Below, in pieces: positions 23,790 through 36,400 of a stretch of DNA of 64,000 nt. The position numbers and the translations under genes were made by a program. The notes below the pieces were generated by a model. That model was not told where the DNA came from, searched no databases, and saw only the letters and a program-made list of their open reading frames with translations. The stretch comes from Basidiobolus meristosporus CBS 931.73 (Eukaryota > Fungi > Basidiobolomycota): contig MCFE01000160.1 in assembly GCA_002104905.1 (NCBI GenBank), positions 1 through 64,000 of the forward strand, given 5' to 3'. Each line of letters starts with the position of its first letter. The first letter of the stretch is position 1.

Positions 23790-25778
23790 TCACTTCTCAT
23801 CCTCGTAGCGTGCCGTCGGCTTGGGTGGCAATGGATGGGGCTTGTAGTTGCTATGAGACCGAGGCAGTGAGCTGTCTCTTGGCTTCTCGCGCCGGTCTTG
23901 GTAGGAGCTACCGCTATGACGCTTGCTATCATAAGGATGCCTGAACGAGACGTATGGGTCTGTGTTGTTGTGATGGTTTCGATTGGACTGGCGGCTGCTG
24001 AGGTCTTTGTTCTTGTCATCATGCTTCTGTCTTCTTCGGTTGAACTCGTGACTTGCTTCGTAGACTGGGAGGCTGTAGAAACAGAGGGGAACCTCGGTTA
24101 ATGAAATGTAGGATGTTGGCATGTACATGTATATGTGCTGTCATACTCGCTAGGATTGGCCGGCAACGGCTCATGCCAAAAGTAATCATGATCCAATGCC
24201 TCTCTGGCTGTCATACGCTTTTTAGGATCAAGGGTAAGCAATTTATCCAGTAAATCGACGGCATGCGCACCGTATCTGTTGGCAAGAGTGTAAATCATCA
24301 GTGAACTTGAGCTTGAGCCTGAGCCATCCAGCCCACCTTTCGAATTCCTCACGAAGTTTGCGAACGGAAAACTTGAAAGATTTGATGTTTTCACACCCTG
24401 GGAGATCTCTCCAACCAGGCATGCTATCCTCCGATGGGGAGCCGCACAATCTAAATATACGATCAAGCTGGTCTAAATCGGAATTTCCGGGCAGCATCGG
24501 CTTTCCTTTGAGAATCTCGCCAAAAACGCAACTTCAAAAAGCAATACTGGGTTAGTTTGCACTGGATCCAATGTAACGAATAATCCTTTTGCCATCCGCA
24601 AATTACCCAATCCCCCACATATCAATGGCGGTTGTGTACTTCTTCTCCCCCATCAATAGCTCTGGTGGTCGGTACCACCTGGTGACTACGCAGTTGGTGT
24701 ACTCCTTCTGAAGTTCAACGTCGTACGGGCGTGCTAGGCCGAAGTCAGCAATCTTTAGGATTCCTTGGTTGTTAATTAGCAGATTGGCGGCTACAACAAA
24801 CAACGCGTTAGTTAGTCCAATATGCTTCGATGGAAACGGTGGCATCGAGCCTAGTTACCTTTCATGTCTCTATGAAGAATTTTGTTCTAGTAGATGTGTG
24901 CGTCATATAGGAGTAATGGTTTTAGTTTCGGAGCCAAAAACTGATTATCAAGTGGAACGATTTGAACATTGTGAAGATACATCATTCCTTCCAAAAGCTG
25001 CTTCATGTAGAGCTTGATTTGTGGCACTGTGAAAGACACGTTAGGGTTTTCGAGTAAACCAGCTAGATCGTGATCCATGTACGGAAAGACCATGTAGATT
25101 GCTCCTCGCTGTCTATGGAGACGATTTCCTGCAAAAGGTAAGAAGCTTAGCAGGAGAAGGGAGAAAACTCCAAACCGGCTAGGAACCTCTTAGAATCGCC
25201 ATGTCAGTCAAGTTTATTACGTTGGGATGGTTAAGTGATTTCAGAATCTTGATTTCGCGTAGAGCAGTGATCGGAACCTAGCGGAAGTGACGAAGCGGTT
25301 AACATGAAAACCTATCGCGCGTAGAAGCAGGGTAAACAACAACGTACTCCCTCTTTCTCGTTATGCATCAATATACGCTTCAACGCAACAATTTCCCCCG
25401 TGGTTTTGTGACGCGCTTTGTGTACCTCCCTTTATGAGATGTCCAAATGTTTAGGAGGTATTCATCTTATCGTTGGTGCCCGCGGAAGCCAATTCGATGT
25501 CTTTGAATAATATATAGTACTCACCCGAAAGTACCCTCCCCCAGCTTTTTATCAATTTCATAATCTTCAAAGCGCGAGCAACCAGTAAATTTCTTTGAAT
25601 CTCTTTGCTTATAAAGTGGAGAAGCAGTGTTGGGGCTACCACCTAGATAAGGAGAAACTGGAACTGTTTGCGAGGCTCCGTTAGAAGTATTCGAAGGGCT
25701 GATTACACAGCTTGAAGGGCGCTTTGAGTCGTGTTGATCGTTATAGGAATCATCAGCGGATCTCTTCATGGTTTCCAA
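23790..25778 (-). CDS. BUR1: CDK9-type CTD kinase Bur1/Sgv1, multi-exon
   Basis: [24 protein letters not shown] (CDK9-type PSTAIRE helix), [59 protein letters not shown]. Confidence 0.88.
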
Positions 25779-26589
25779 TATGTATGGGGTGGGCGTGTTT
25801 TAAAATAAACGACTAAGGTAATACCAAGTATAATGAAAACGAGCGAGCCGAACAAAAGAAGGTCACACCATTAATATCTGGATAGGTGAATTTTTGCCAT
25901 ATTCATTCCTTCGAATTTTCCTATATTTTCTAGGATATTTTTTTTTCCACGAGTGATCAAGGCGAGTTCGATAGACAAATAAATGCCCGGTTTTCGATGA
26001 TCTTCGAGTCGGAAATTCATGGCTTTTCTTGCTCATTGGTGATGTGAATGGGACTTACTCGGTTTAGCCTGATCCACACTGGTTATTGAGACATGGTGTT
26101 GTTGATCATCAAGGTCATCAGCAAATCTGTATCATGGCCGATATAAATATGTGAAATAATGGAACTACCGGTGTGCATGCATTGACTCAATGCGCACCTG
26201 GTTTCAATTATGATCCTTACGAAGCAGCTGGATGGCAATATCAAAACGGTTGTGGTTTAGGTATGAAGCTCCGCCGAACAAGAGCACGCAGGTGCTGGCA
26301 CCGGTGTCAAGTGCCAACCCTGCCCAGCCTAGCCTCCAATCACTAACTGCCTGCTGACACAACATGGTAGAAGTTTATTCTTTGAATGCTAGGAGAAAGA
26401 ATACGCAAACAAAACTACATCAAGCTATCTATAGGTCGATCATAGGATGGAAGAGAATAAGTGTACATCGGACGAATTTGGCAAAACTAGGGAAAACAAG
26501 GCTGGGTCCAAACAGCCAGGAGAAACTAGACTAGGGCAGACGCGGAGGGGAATGGTGTGTAGATTGGCGTGGACTCTCGGAAAGGAAGG

Positions 26590-27389
26590 TTAAAAAAAAT
26601 GCTTATTACGACCGACTGGATCTAGGTGGGACAAATCGAATGAGCAGAAGGCAACCGCAAATGGTCTTGAAGCATGCTTTACCTTCATAGCGTGGACGGT
26701 TGCGTTTGTAAGGTGGTTCAAATATGAGTCCGCCATTCGTGTCTCTCGCGGAGAAATTCCGCTCTGGGCTTGGATTAAATCTGCGTTTTGGATGATCCAT
26801 CTCAAAAGAAGTATCAGGCTCCTCAGCATGTAGGCTCTCAAACTCAAAGCCTTGAAAAGGATTAGTATTACTCGTAGGTGCCATGAAGTTGGCTTGATTA
26901 TTAGCCGAAAACGGAGGTGTCATTGGAACATTATGGCGTTCTTGTAAAGCAGCTGGGTAAATAAACTGAGGTCCTTTCGAAATGCCAAATTAACTAACCT
27001 ACACCAGATTGTGCACCTTGATATCCTTGCGCGGTCTGTGTTTCACGTTGGTTATGGAAGTTCTCTGAGTTCGTGGCATCGGTGTGGACTTGGGAATATT
27101 TCTCTCTGGTAAATGCTAACAAATCACTGGCTGGGATGAAAGAATTGCGGAGTTGAGGCTCGCCACGGGCTCGTTGGGATTGAACATTATTATGGGAGGA
27201 GATGTAGCCGATCAGATCTTGAAGGCATTGCTCGTAGCCAGCCTGATAGGATTTTCGATTCTGCTTCATGGAATCTTTGTACATTTGAGTCACAGCAGTA
27301 GCCGCTGATTTGAACGAGCTTAGTAATGCTTGTTCAGGGCTCAGATCGCCTGTACCAGATGGCTCAACGTGAGTTCCATTGGGATTCAT
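26590..27389 (-). CDS. HAPSTR1 (C16orf72)-like protein, three exons
   Basis: ATG at 27389; introns near 26953-26996 and 26622-26681. FKSAATAVTQMYKDS...QAGYEQCLQDL...IPASDLLAF resembles the HAPSTR1 conserved domain as I recall it. Basic C-terminal KRNRPR. Confidence 0.65.
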
Positions 27390-28289
27390 TGGTTTGGTGA
27401 GCCGTGTTTTTTGATTCAACAATTGCTGAGTTACGTTAAGAAAGTTGCAGTATTAGGGAGCAAGATTTCTTGTAAACAGCAGGGGGAGTAATGTTTGGTT
27501 TCTATCAGGTGAAACCAGAAAAATCTCGGTATCTCAAGAACCCAACTCTAATATCGATCAATATCAACCCAATATGGGTTATTGTATAGTAGGGCAGCTA
27601 AGCTGGATTCCCCATTTCATGTTGAATCACAAGGCAAAATACTCATGTTTCAAATCTTGCTTTTGGCTGGAATTGTCCCAGTATAAATGGGGTGGGTCTC
27701 CAATCGGAGAAGAGATGAAGCCCGTTACTATTCCTGGATTTTTGTTATTTTGGGTATGCTGATGGTATGATTGGTCACTTCTCACACATTGATCGGATTG
27801 GGTGAAACGTGATGTAACAAGTGCTTGATTTATTGGACATTTCGTCAATTGTAGTGTTCTTATAGGTCCTACCCTATCTTACAATCCAAGTAATTTGAGT
27901 AAGCGTTTGTTAATTACAACGAAATTGTATGTGGGACATCTAGGTAGACTGTAGGGAAGCAGCTGGCCTAAAAGATGTAACTGGATATCGCATTTCTGCT
28001 GCTCTAGGCTGAAGCAGTTGTAAATAATTGGTAAGCATCTAAGTAAAACCTTATGCTATATCAATGGTTTAGGCGTAAACCAAGTTAAGAAACAATTACT
28101 CAAGATTTAATTCGTAGGATATTAGCTAATTCTTAGAATTAGTGAAGGCCCTCAAGTTACCAATAGTTTTAAACTCATCCAAAAGCCCCCAGGCTTTGCA
28201 CACAGCTTCATGGGCTCTTTCTTAAGACATGTATATCATAAGCTTAAACAAAACTCCCCTAAAAGAATAAGTACTTCATTTAAATTCAT

Positions 28290-28408
28290 CCTTGAGTATC
28301 TTGAAAACAAGTAGTGGGCACTTTTTGACATAAGCCTAACTATTTAAAAAGCTTTCTTAGCCACATTGCTTCTTTTACAGTTTAACAGGCTACCATATAC
28401 GCTGATTC
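28290..28408 (-). mobile_element. Copia RNase H remnant (target of the LTR at 28409)
   Basis: Reverse strand reads ESAYMVAC*TVKEAMWLRKLF..LGLCQK, homologous to the family RNase H. Confidence 0.7.
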
Positions 28409-28757
28409 TGTTGTAAAAATTTGTATTTCCACCTAAATATTCACCTAACTTAGTCACTTAGATCATTACCTTCATATTCTAGAGAATACTGACCAAATTC
28501 CTTGTCGAGATTTACTTGTAATATTTTCACCAAAATACCAGGTACTCAGAACATGAAAATTCTCAAAGTTGACCAAACAGCCCCAAACTTTGCACACATG
28601 TTCTTGGGACCTTCCTTAACATGTTGTATGTGTTTGTAATGCCAAGACCAGGTAAAAGTATAAATACTACTTTTACATTCAATAAATCATTAAGTGAAAA
28701 CCACATAATCTACATGTTCTCCCAATCACTTCCATTATCTCCAAGACTCTTACAACA

Positions 28758-28769
28758 GGTTATGAGCCC
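28758..28769 (+). other. Primer-binding site GGTTATGAGCCC (complementary to the tRNAiMet anticodon stem-loop); copies at 41306-41317, 53257-53268 and 57988-57999 (minus, degenerate)
   Basis: Abuts the LTR CA end; reverse complement of GGGCUCAUAACC in initiator tRNA-Met. Confidence 0.85.
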
Positions 28770-30834
28770 CAAGCTGTCACTCTCTGCAATGTCTACTACT
28801 GCTATTACTGGAATTTTTCCCTCTGCTGAAAAGTTGGATGGATCTAACTACCAAGTGTGAAAGGTGAAGATGAAGATGCTGCTACTAGAAAGAGGCCTTT
28901 GGGATATTGTCATGGGGGAAGAATGCCCTCCTAAAAACATGGGAGAGGAAGTCTTAAAGTACCAGAAGAAAGAACAAAGTGCCTTCAACTGCATTTGACT
29001 TAATGTTAAAGACAAATTGCTAATTCAATGCTCAAGAGCAAAAACGGCAAAGAATGCCTGGAAGGCATTAGAAGACACCTACCAGTCATGTTCAGCGGCC
29101 AAGAAGATGTATCTGAGACAAAAATTCTTTACTACAAAGATGCTGCCAGGAGAAGAAATGAAAAATCTAATTAACAGAATTACCCTGCTGGTAGATGAGA
29201 TGGAATCTGTGGGCATACCAACTACTGATGAGGATGTGATAGTTACTATCCTGAATAGCCTGACAGACAGGTTTCAGGGCCTTGTATCAGCCCTAGAGTC
29301 CAGAACTGAAGATTTGACCTTAAATTATGTATATGGAAGGCTCCTGGATGAAGAATTAAGAAAATCAAGCGCCAATAAGAAGGAAGAAGAGAATGCTTTA
29401 ATAAGCAGTGATAGCCAACAAAGAAGGTACCCAAGACCCTACAAAGGCAACAGCAACCTGTTTTGCAACTACTGCAAAAGGAAAGGACACACATCAGACC
29501 GGTGTCTCAAAAAGAGAGATTATCAGCAAAAGAAGACTGAATATGGAAATGCTGCAACAACTGAAGATAGACTATTCATATCTGCACTAAATATGACCAC
29601 AAACAAGGATTCTCAGACATGGTATATTGACTCTGGAGCATCACAACACTTTACACACCAAAAAGAACTTTTTACCCAATATCAAGATATTCCAATTAAG
29701 AAGGTTTTCATGGGTGACAATAGAACACTTGATGCAGTGGGAGAAGGAACTATCCAAATAAACCTTAGAAGCAGTGAAGGAAGCCATACACTGACCTTTA
29801 AAGAAGTACTCTATGTACCAGAAATAGCCAAGAACCTACTCTCTGTAGCAAGGCCACAGCAGAAGTATTCAGTTTCAGTTTTGACAATTCTGGATGCAGG
29901 ATCACTGATCAAAATGGTGCTCATATTGCTTTGGGCATCAGAGATCAAAATCTATACAAGTTGACTTACATTCCATCATATCTGGAAGCCAATATAAGTA
30001 ACTTAAATAAAGTAACACCAATGCTTTGGCACAGGAGATTTGGGCACATCAATTTTGATTATATGTGCAAAATGATCAAAGATCAGCAAATTTCTGGAGT
30101 GAAAGTTGATCCCCCAGCTAATTTACAGCACTGTGAAGCCTGCATATATGGGAAACAAGCCAGATAACTGTTCAAGAGCTCTGGGTTGATCAAAACTAAG
30201 AAAAAATTAGATCTAATTCACTCAGATCTGTGTGGACCTATGCAAAATTTATTCTTAGGCAGGATGAAGTATTTAATCACTTTTATTGATGATTATACAA
30301 GATACACATGAATCTACTTCATGGAGAGAAAGGAAGAAGCTCTGTCTAAGTTCAGGGAGTTTAAAGCCATGGTGGAGAGAGAAACTGGTGAAAAATCAAG
30401 AAAATACGCTTTGACAGTGGTGGAGAATATACCTCAAAACTCTTCATCCACTTCTGCAAAATTCATGGGATAAAGCAAGAGACTACTGTATCATACTCCC
30501 CACAGCAAAATGGAGTAGCAGAACAAGCTAACAGATCAATAGCTGATATGGCAAGATCTATGATCCATGATCAAAAATTATCCTAAGATTTTTGGGTGGA
30601 ATCAGTTGCCACTGCTGTATACCTTAAAAATAGGAGTTATAACAGAATAGATTGTGATTCTACTCCATCTAAAGCATGGTATGGATACAGACCAAGTGCA
30701 GAACATCTAAGAATATTTGGGTGAACAGCATATGCCAATAAACTGGTTGGAAATCAGTCAAAATTTGAGCCAAAAAGTGTAAAATGCATATTTTTGGGCT
30801 ACTGCAATGAGAGTAAAGCATACAGACTCTACAA

Positions 30835-31180
30835 TGTTGAAACATTTGTATTTCCACCTAAATAATCACCTAACTTAGTCACTTAGATCATTACCTTCAA
30901 ATCCTAGAGAATACTGACCAAATTCCTTGTTGGGATTTACTTAGAATATTTTCACCAAAATACCAGGTACCCAGAACATGAAAATTCTCAAAGTTGTCCA
31001 AACTGCCCCAAACTTTGCACATGTTCTTGGGACCTTCCTTAACCTATTCTACGTGTTTGTAATGCTAAGACCAGGTAAAAGTATAAATACTACTTTTACA
31101 TTCAATAAATCATTAGGCAAAAACCACATAATCTACTTGTTCTTGCAATCACTTCCAATATCTCCAAGACTCTTACAACA
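30835..31180 (+). mobile_element. Solo Copia LTR inserted in the integrase of element 1
   Basis: TGTTG..CAACA flanked by the 5-bp TSD TACAA (30830-30834 and 31181-31185). The empty site is visible in the paralog near 34935. Confidence 0.93.
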
Positions 31181-33440
31181 TACAATTCCAATGCAAAGAA
31201 GCTTATCAAGTCCAGGGATGTGTTGCTTGATGAAAACTCAGAATTTTCACAAAAAATGACATCAGATGATGACAAAAATTTGATCTCAAGTCCACCAATT
31301 GTCAGGATTGAATCAGAGCAAAACAATGAAAGTTTTCTCACTCCAGAGGACTCTACAACCATGGTTCAGCCAGAATCAGTGCCCAGGAATATCCCAGAAG
31401 TGATCATTCCAGTATCAAATGCCCGGAGATCTATTTGGTCAAGACATAGCCCAAATTATTATATCAATGAGGGTACAAGCTTAGCCTATGCCTATTCAGT
31501 CCATGTTGATGAACCCCAGAGTGTGAAAAAGGCTCTAAATAGCCCTCAGACAAAGTTTTGGAGATTTGCAATGACTGAGGAATATCATGCCCTAATGGAA
31601 AATCAAGCTTGGGACTTAGTCAAATTACAAATCAACCAAAATCAATTGGATGCAGATGGGTCTTCAAGACAAAATACAAGGCTGATGGTACAGTTGAAAG
31701 ATACAAAGCAAGACTTGTAGCCAAAGGATACTCTCAAACAAAAGGACTTGACTATACTGAGACCATTGCACTGGTAGCCAAGTTTAATTCCATCAGATTA
31801 ATATTGGCTATTGCAGCCAAATATAAGTTTTTTATTCATCAAATGATGTAAAAGCTGCATTCTTGAATGGAGAACTTGATGAGGATGTGTATATGGACCA
31901 GCCTGATGGGTTTGTGGACCAAGATAATCCCCATTTGGTCTGCAAGCATAAAAAGTCACTATATGGTTGCAAACAATCACTAAGAGCCTGGAATTGCAAG
32001 ATAGATTCTTATTTGGAATATCTGAGTTTCATAAGGAGCAATGCTGACTATAGTATATACTATAAGCCAGATAGAGCAAATCCAGTTCTATTAGCTCTAT
32101 ATGTGGATAATCTCATTATAGCTGCCAATAACCTAGAAACATTGGAAGAGACTAAATCTAGCCTATCTAAGGAGTTCAAGATGTCTGATTTAGGAGAACT
32201 TAGTTACTACTTAGGGATTAAGTTCTCCATAGACAGAAGTACCCAGACTACCACCCTAAGTCCATCCAAGTATATTCAAGATATACTAAAGAAGTACAAA
32301 ATGGAAAACTGTAAACCGGCAGCTACCTCAATGGAGACAAACCTTAACTTGGTCAAAACTCAACCAAATCAAGAGAGCTTGGTGCCATCTAAAAGCCCTG
32401 ACTTTCCTTATCAATCTATGGTTGGCAGTCTGATGTATATCATGCTTGGAACATGTACAGATATCTCATATCCAGTGGGAGTTGTCAGCCAACATAATCA
32501 GAACTATGGATCTGATCATATTGTAGCAGTTAAGGGGATTTTTAGATACCTAAAAGGAACTGCTGATATCAGCATAAGATACACTTATAAGGATTCAGAT
32601 CAGGATCTTGTGAGAAACTCTGATGCTGATTGGGGACAAAATTTGGAAGACAGAAGATTCACCACAGGATACACCTTTCTTTACTGTAAAGGAGCAATTT
32701 CATGGAATTCAAGAAAGCAACCAACTGTAGCACTTTCTACCACAGAGGCAGAGTACATGGCAGCCTGTGAAGCTACAAAAGAAGTAATATGGCTAAGAAA
32801 ACTCTTTACAGATTTAGGCCTATGTCAAAAAAAGCCTATTACTTTATTTCAAGATAATCAATGATGTATACAATTAGGTAGAAATCCAACTTTTCATGCT
32901 AGAACCAAGCATAAAGATATCAGACATCATTTTATACGTGAAGCTACAGAGAATAACTTAGTTAGCTTAGCTTACTATCCTACAGATGAAATGATTGCAG
33001 ACATATTCACCAAACCATTAGCTAGAGACAAGTTTGAATATCTTAGGTCAAAATTAGGACTAGTCAGTATGAACATTTAGCTGAGTGGGAGTGTTTTAAC
33101 TATTTGTATTTGCACCTAAATATTCATCTAACTTAGTCACTTAGATCATTACCCTCAAATCCTAGAGAATACTGACCAAATTCCTTGTTGGGATTTACTT
33201 ATAATATTCTCACCAAAATACCAGGTACCCAGAACAAGAAAATTCACAAAGTTGTCCAAACAGCCCCAAACCTTGCACACATGCTCTTAGGACCTTCCTT
33301 AACCTATTCTATGTGTTTGTTATGCCAAGACCATGTAGAAGTATAAATACTACTTTTACATTCAATAAACCATTAAGTGAAAACCACATAATCTACTTGT
33401 TCACCTAATCACTTCCAATATCACCAAGACTCTTACAACA

Positions 33441-36400
33441 TATGGAAGGCTCCTGGATGAAGAATTAAAAAAACCATGCGCCAATAAGAAGGAAGAAGAA
33501 AATGCTTTAATAAGCAGTGGTAACCAACAAAGGAGATACCCAAGACATTTTGAAGGCAATAGCAACCTGTTTTGTAACTACTGCAAAGGAAAGGATACAC
33601 ATTAGACTGGTGCTTCAAAAATAAAACATAGTCAGCAGAAAAAGCCTGAATATGGAAATGCTGCAACAACTGAAGAGAGACTATTCATATCTGTACTAAA
33701 AATACCACAAACAAGGATTCTCAGACATGGTATATTGACTGTGGAGCATCACAACACTTTACACACCAAAAAGAACTTTTTACCCAATATCAAGAGATTC
33801 CAATTATGAAGGTTATCATAGGCAAGAATAGAACACTTGATGCAGTGGGAGAAGAAACTATCAAAGTAAACCTTAGAAGCAGTGAAGGAAGCCCTACACT
33901 GACCTCTAAAGAAGTACTCTATGTACCAGAAATAGCCAAGAACTTACTATCTGTAAGCAAGGCCACAGCAGAAGGACTCAGTTTCAGCTTTGACAATTCT
34001 GGATTCAAGATTGCTGACCAAAATGGTGCCCATATTGCTTTGTGTATCACAGATCAGAATCTATACAAGTTGACGTATATTCCATCATATCTGGAAGCAA
34101 ATATAAATAATTTAAATGAGGAAATAACAATGCTGTGGCACAGGAGATTTGGACACATCAATTTTGTTTATTTGTGCAAAATGATCACAGATCAGCTAAT
34201 TTCTAGAGTGAAAATTGATCCCCAGCTAATTTGGAGCACTGTGAAGCCTGTATGTATGGGAAACAAGCCAAACAACCATTCAAGAGCTCTGAGTTAATCA
34301 AAACTAGGAACAAAATGAATCTAATTCACTCAGATCTGTGTGGACCTGTGCAGAATTTATCCTTAGGTGTGACAAAGTATTTATTTACTTTTACTGATGA
34401 TTACACAAGATACACATGGGTCTACTTCATGGTGAGAAAGGAAGAAGCTCTGTCTAAGCTCAGGGAGTTTAAAGCCATGGTGGAGAGAGAAACTGGTGAA
34501 AAATTTTAGAAAATATGCTCTGAAAATGGTGGAGACTATACCACAAAACTCTTCTTCCACTTGTGTAAAATTCATGGGATAAAGCAAGACACTACTGTAC
34601 CATACTCTCCACAGCAAAATGGAGTAGCAGAATGTGCTAACAGATCAATAATTGATATGGCAAGATCTGTGATCCATGATCAAAAATTATCCTATGGTTT
34701 TTGGGCAGAATCAGTTGCCACTGCTGTATACCTTAAAAATAGGAGTTATAACAGAATAGATTGTGATTCTACTCCACTTGAAGCATGGTATGGGTACAGA
34801 CCAAGTGCAGAGCATCTAACAATATTTGGGTGCTCTGCATATGCAAAGAAACAGCCCAGAAATCAGTTAAAATTTGAGCCAAAAGTGTAAAATGCATATT
34901 TTTGGGCTACTGCAATGAGAGTAAAGCATGCAGACTCTACAATACCAATGCAAAGAAGCTTATCAAGTCCAGGGATGTGTTGTTTGATGAAAACTCAAAA
35001 CTTTCACAAAAAATGTCTTTGGATGATGACAAAAATCTGACTTCAAGTCCACCACTTGTCAGGATTGAATCAGAGCAAAACAATGATATTTTTCTCACTC
35101 AGAGGACTCTGAAGCTGTGGTTCAACCTGAACAGTGCCCAGGAATATACCTGAAGTGATCATTCAAGTATTAAATGCCCAGAGTTCCAGTTGGTGAGGAA
35201 GTAGCCTAAGTGTATATTTCAGTGAGGGTACAAACTTGGCCCTTGCCTATTCAGTCCATATTGATGAGCCCCAGACTGTGAAAGAGACCCTAAATAGCCC
35301 TCAGATGAAGTTTTGGAGATCTGCAATGACTGAGGAATATCAGGCCCTGATGGAAAATCAAAATTGGGATTTAGTCAAATTCCCAATCAGCCAAAAATCA
35401 ATTTGATGCAGATGGGTCTTCAAGACAAAAGCAAGGCTGATGATACAGCTGAAAGATACAAAGTAAGACTTGTGGCCAAAGGATACTCTCAAACAACGGA
35501 CTTGACTATACTGAGACCTTTGCTCCAGTAGCCAAGTTTAATCCCATCAGATTAATATTGGCTATTGCAGCCAAATATAAGTTTTTTATTCATCAAATGA
35601 TGTAAAAGCTGCATTTTTGAATGAAGAACTTGATGAGGATGTGTATATGAGCCAGAATGATGGGTTTGCTGACCAAGATAGCCCCCATTTGGTCTGCAAG
35701 CTTAAAAAGTCACTATATGGTCTTGAACAATCCCAAGAGCCTGGAATTACAAGATAGATTCTTATGTGGAATCTTAGAGTTTCAAAAGGAGTAATGCTGA
35801 CTATAGTATATACTATAAGCCAGATAGAGCAAATCCAGTTCTATTAGCTCTATATGTGGATGATCTTATTATAGCCACCAATACCTAGAAACTTTGGAAG
35901 AGACTAAATCCAGCCTGTATAAGCAGTTCAAGATGTCCAATCTAGGAGAACTCAGTTACTACTTAAGAATTAAATTATTGATAGACAGAAGTACCCAGAC
36001 TATCACCCTAAGCCAGTCCAAGTTTATTCAAGATATACTAAAAAGTACTAAATGGGAAGACTGTGAACCAGCACCTACCCCAATAGAGACAAACCTTAAT
36101 TTGGTCAAAACTTGACAAAACAAAGAGAGCTTGGTGCCATCTAAAAGCCCTGACTTTTCTTAACAACCTACAGTTGGCAGTCTGATATACATCATGCTTG
36201 GAACATGCTCAGATATCTCATATCCATTTGGAGATGTCAGCCAGCATGATCAGATCCAGAGTACTGATCATATTGAAGCAGTTAAGCAGATTTTTAGATA
36301 CCTAAAGGAATTGCTGATATCTGCTTAAGATACACTTATAAGGATTCAGAACAGGATCTTGTGGGAAACTCTTGTGCTGATTGGGGACAAAATCTGGAAG

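Larger units (their letters stand above)
28409..33440 (+). mobile_element. Ty1/Copia element 1 (degenerate): 5' LTR 28409-28757, PBS, gag-PR-IN-RT-RH, PPT, 3' LTR 33092-33440
   Basis: TG..CA LTRs; zinc knuckle CNYCKRKGHTSDRC; protease WYIDSGASQH; GAG-pre-integrase LWHRRFGH; RT YVDNLII (mutated YVDD); RNase H SDADW. Internal stop codons. Flanks gattc and tatgg do not match. Confidence 0.93.

Noticed and set aside
28621-28860. ORFs starting inside LTRs (also 30978-31259 and the 5' part of 53015-53776) as separate genes
   Set aside because: Read-through of LTR sequence using non-ATG starts; the coding part is gag from the PBS ATG.
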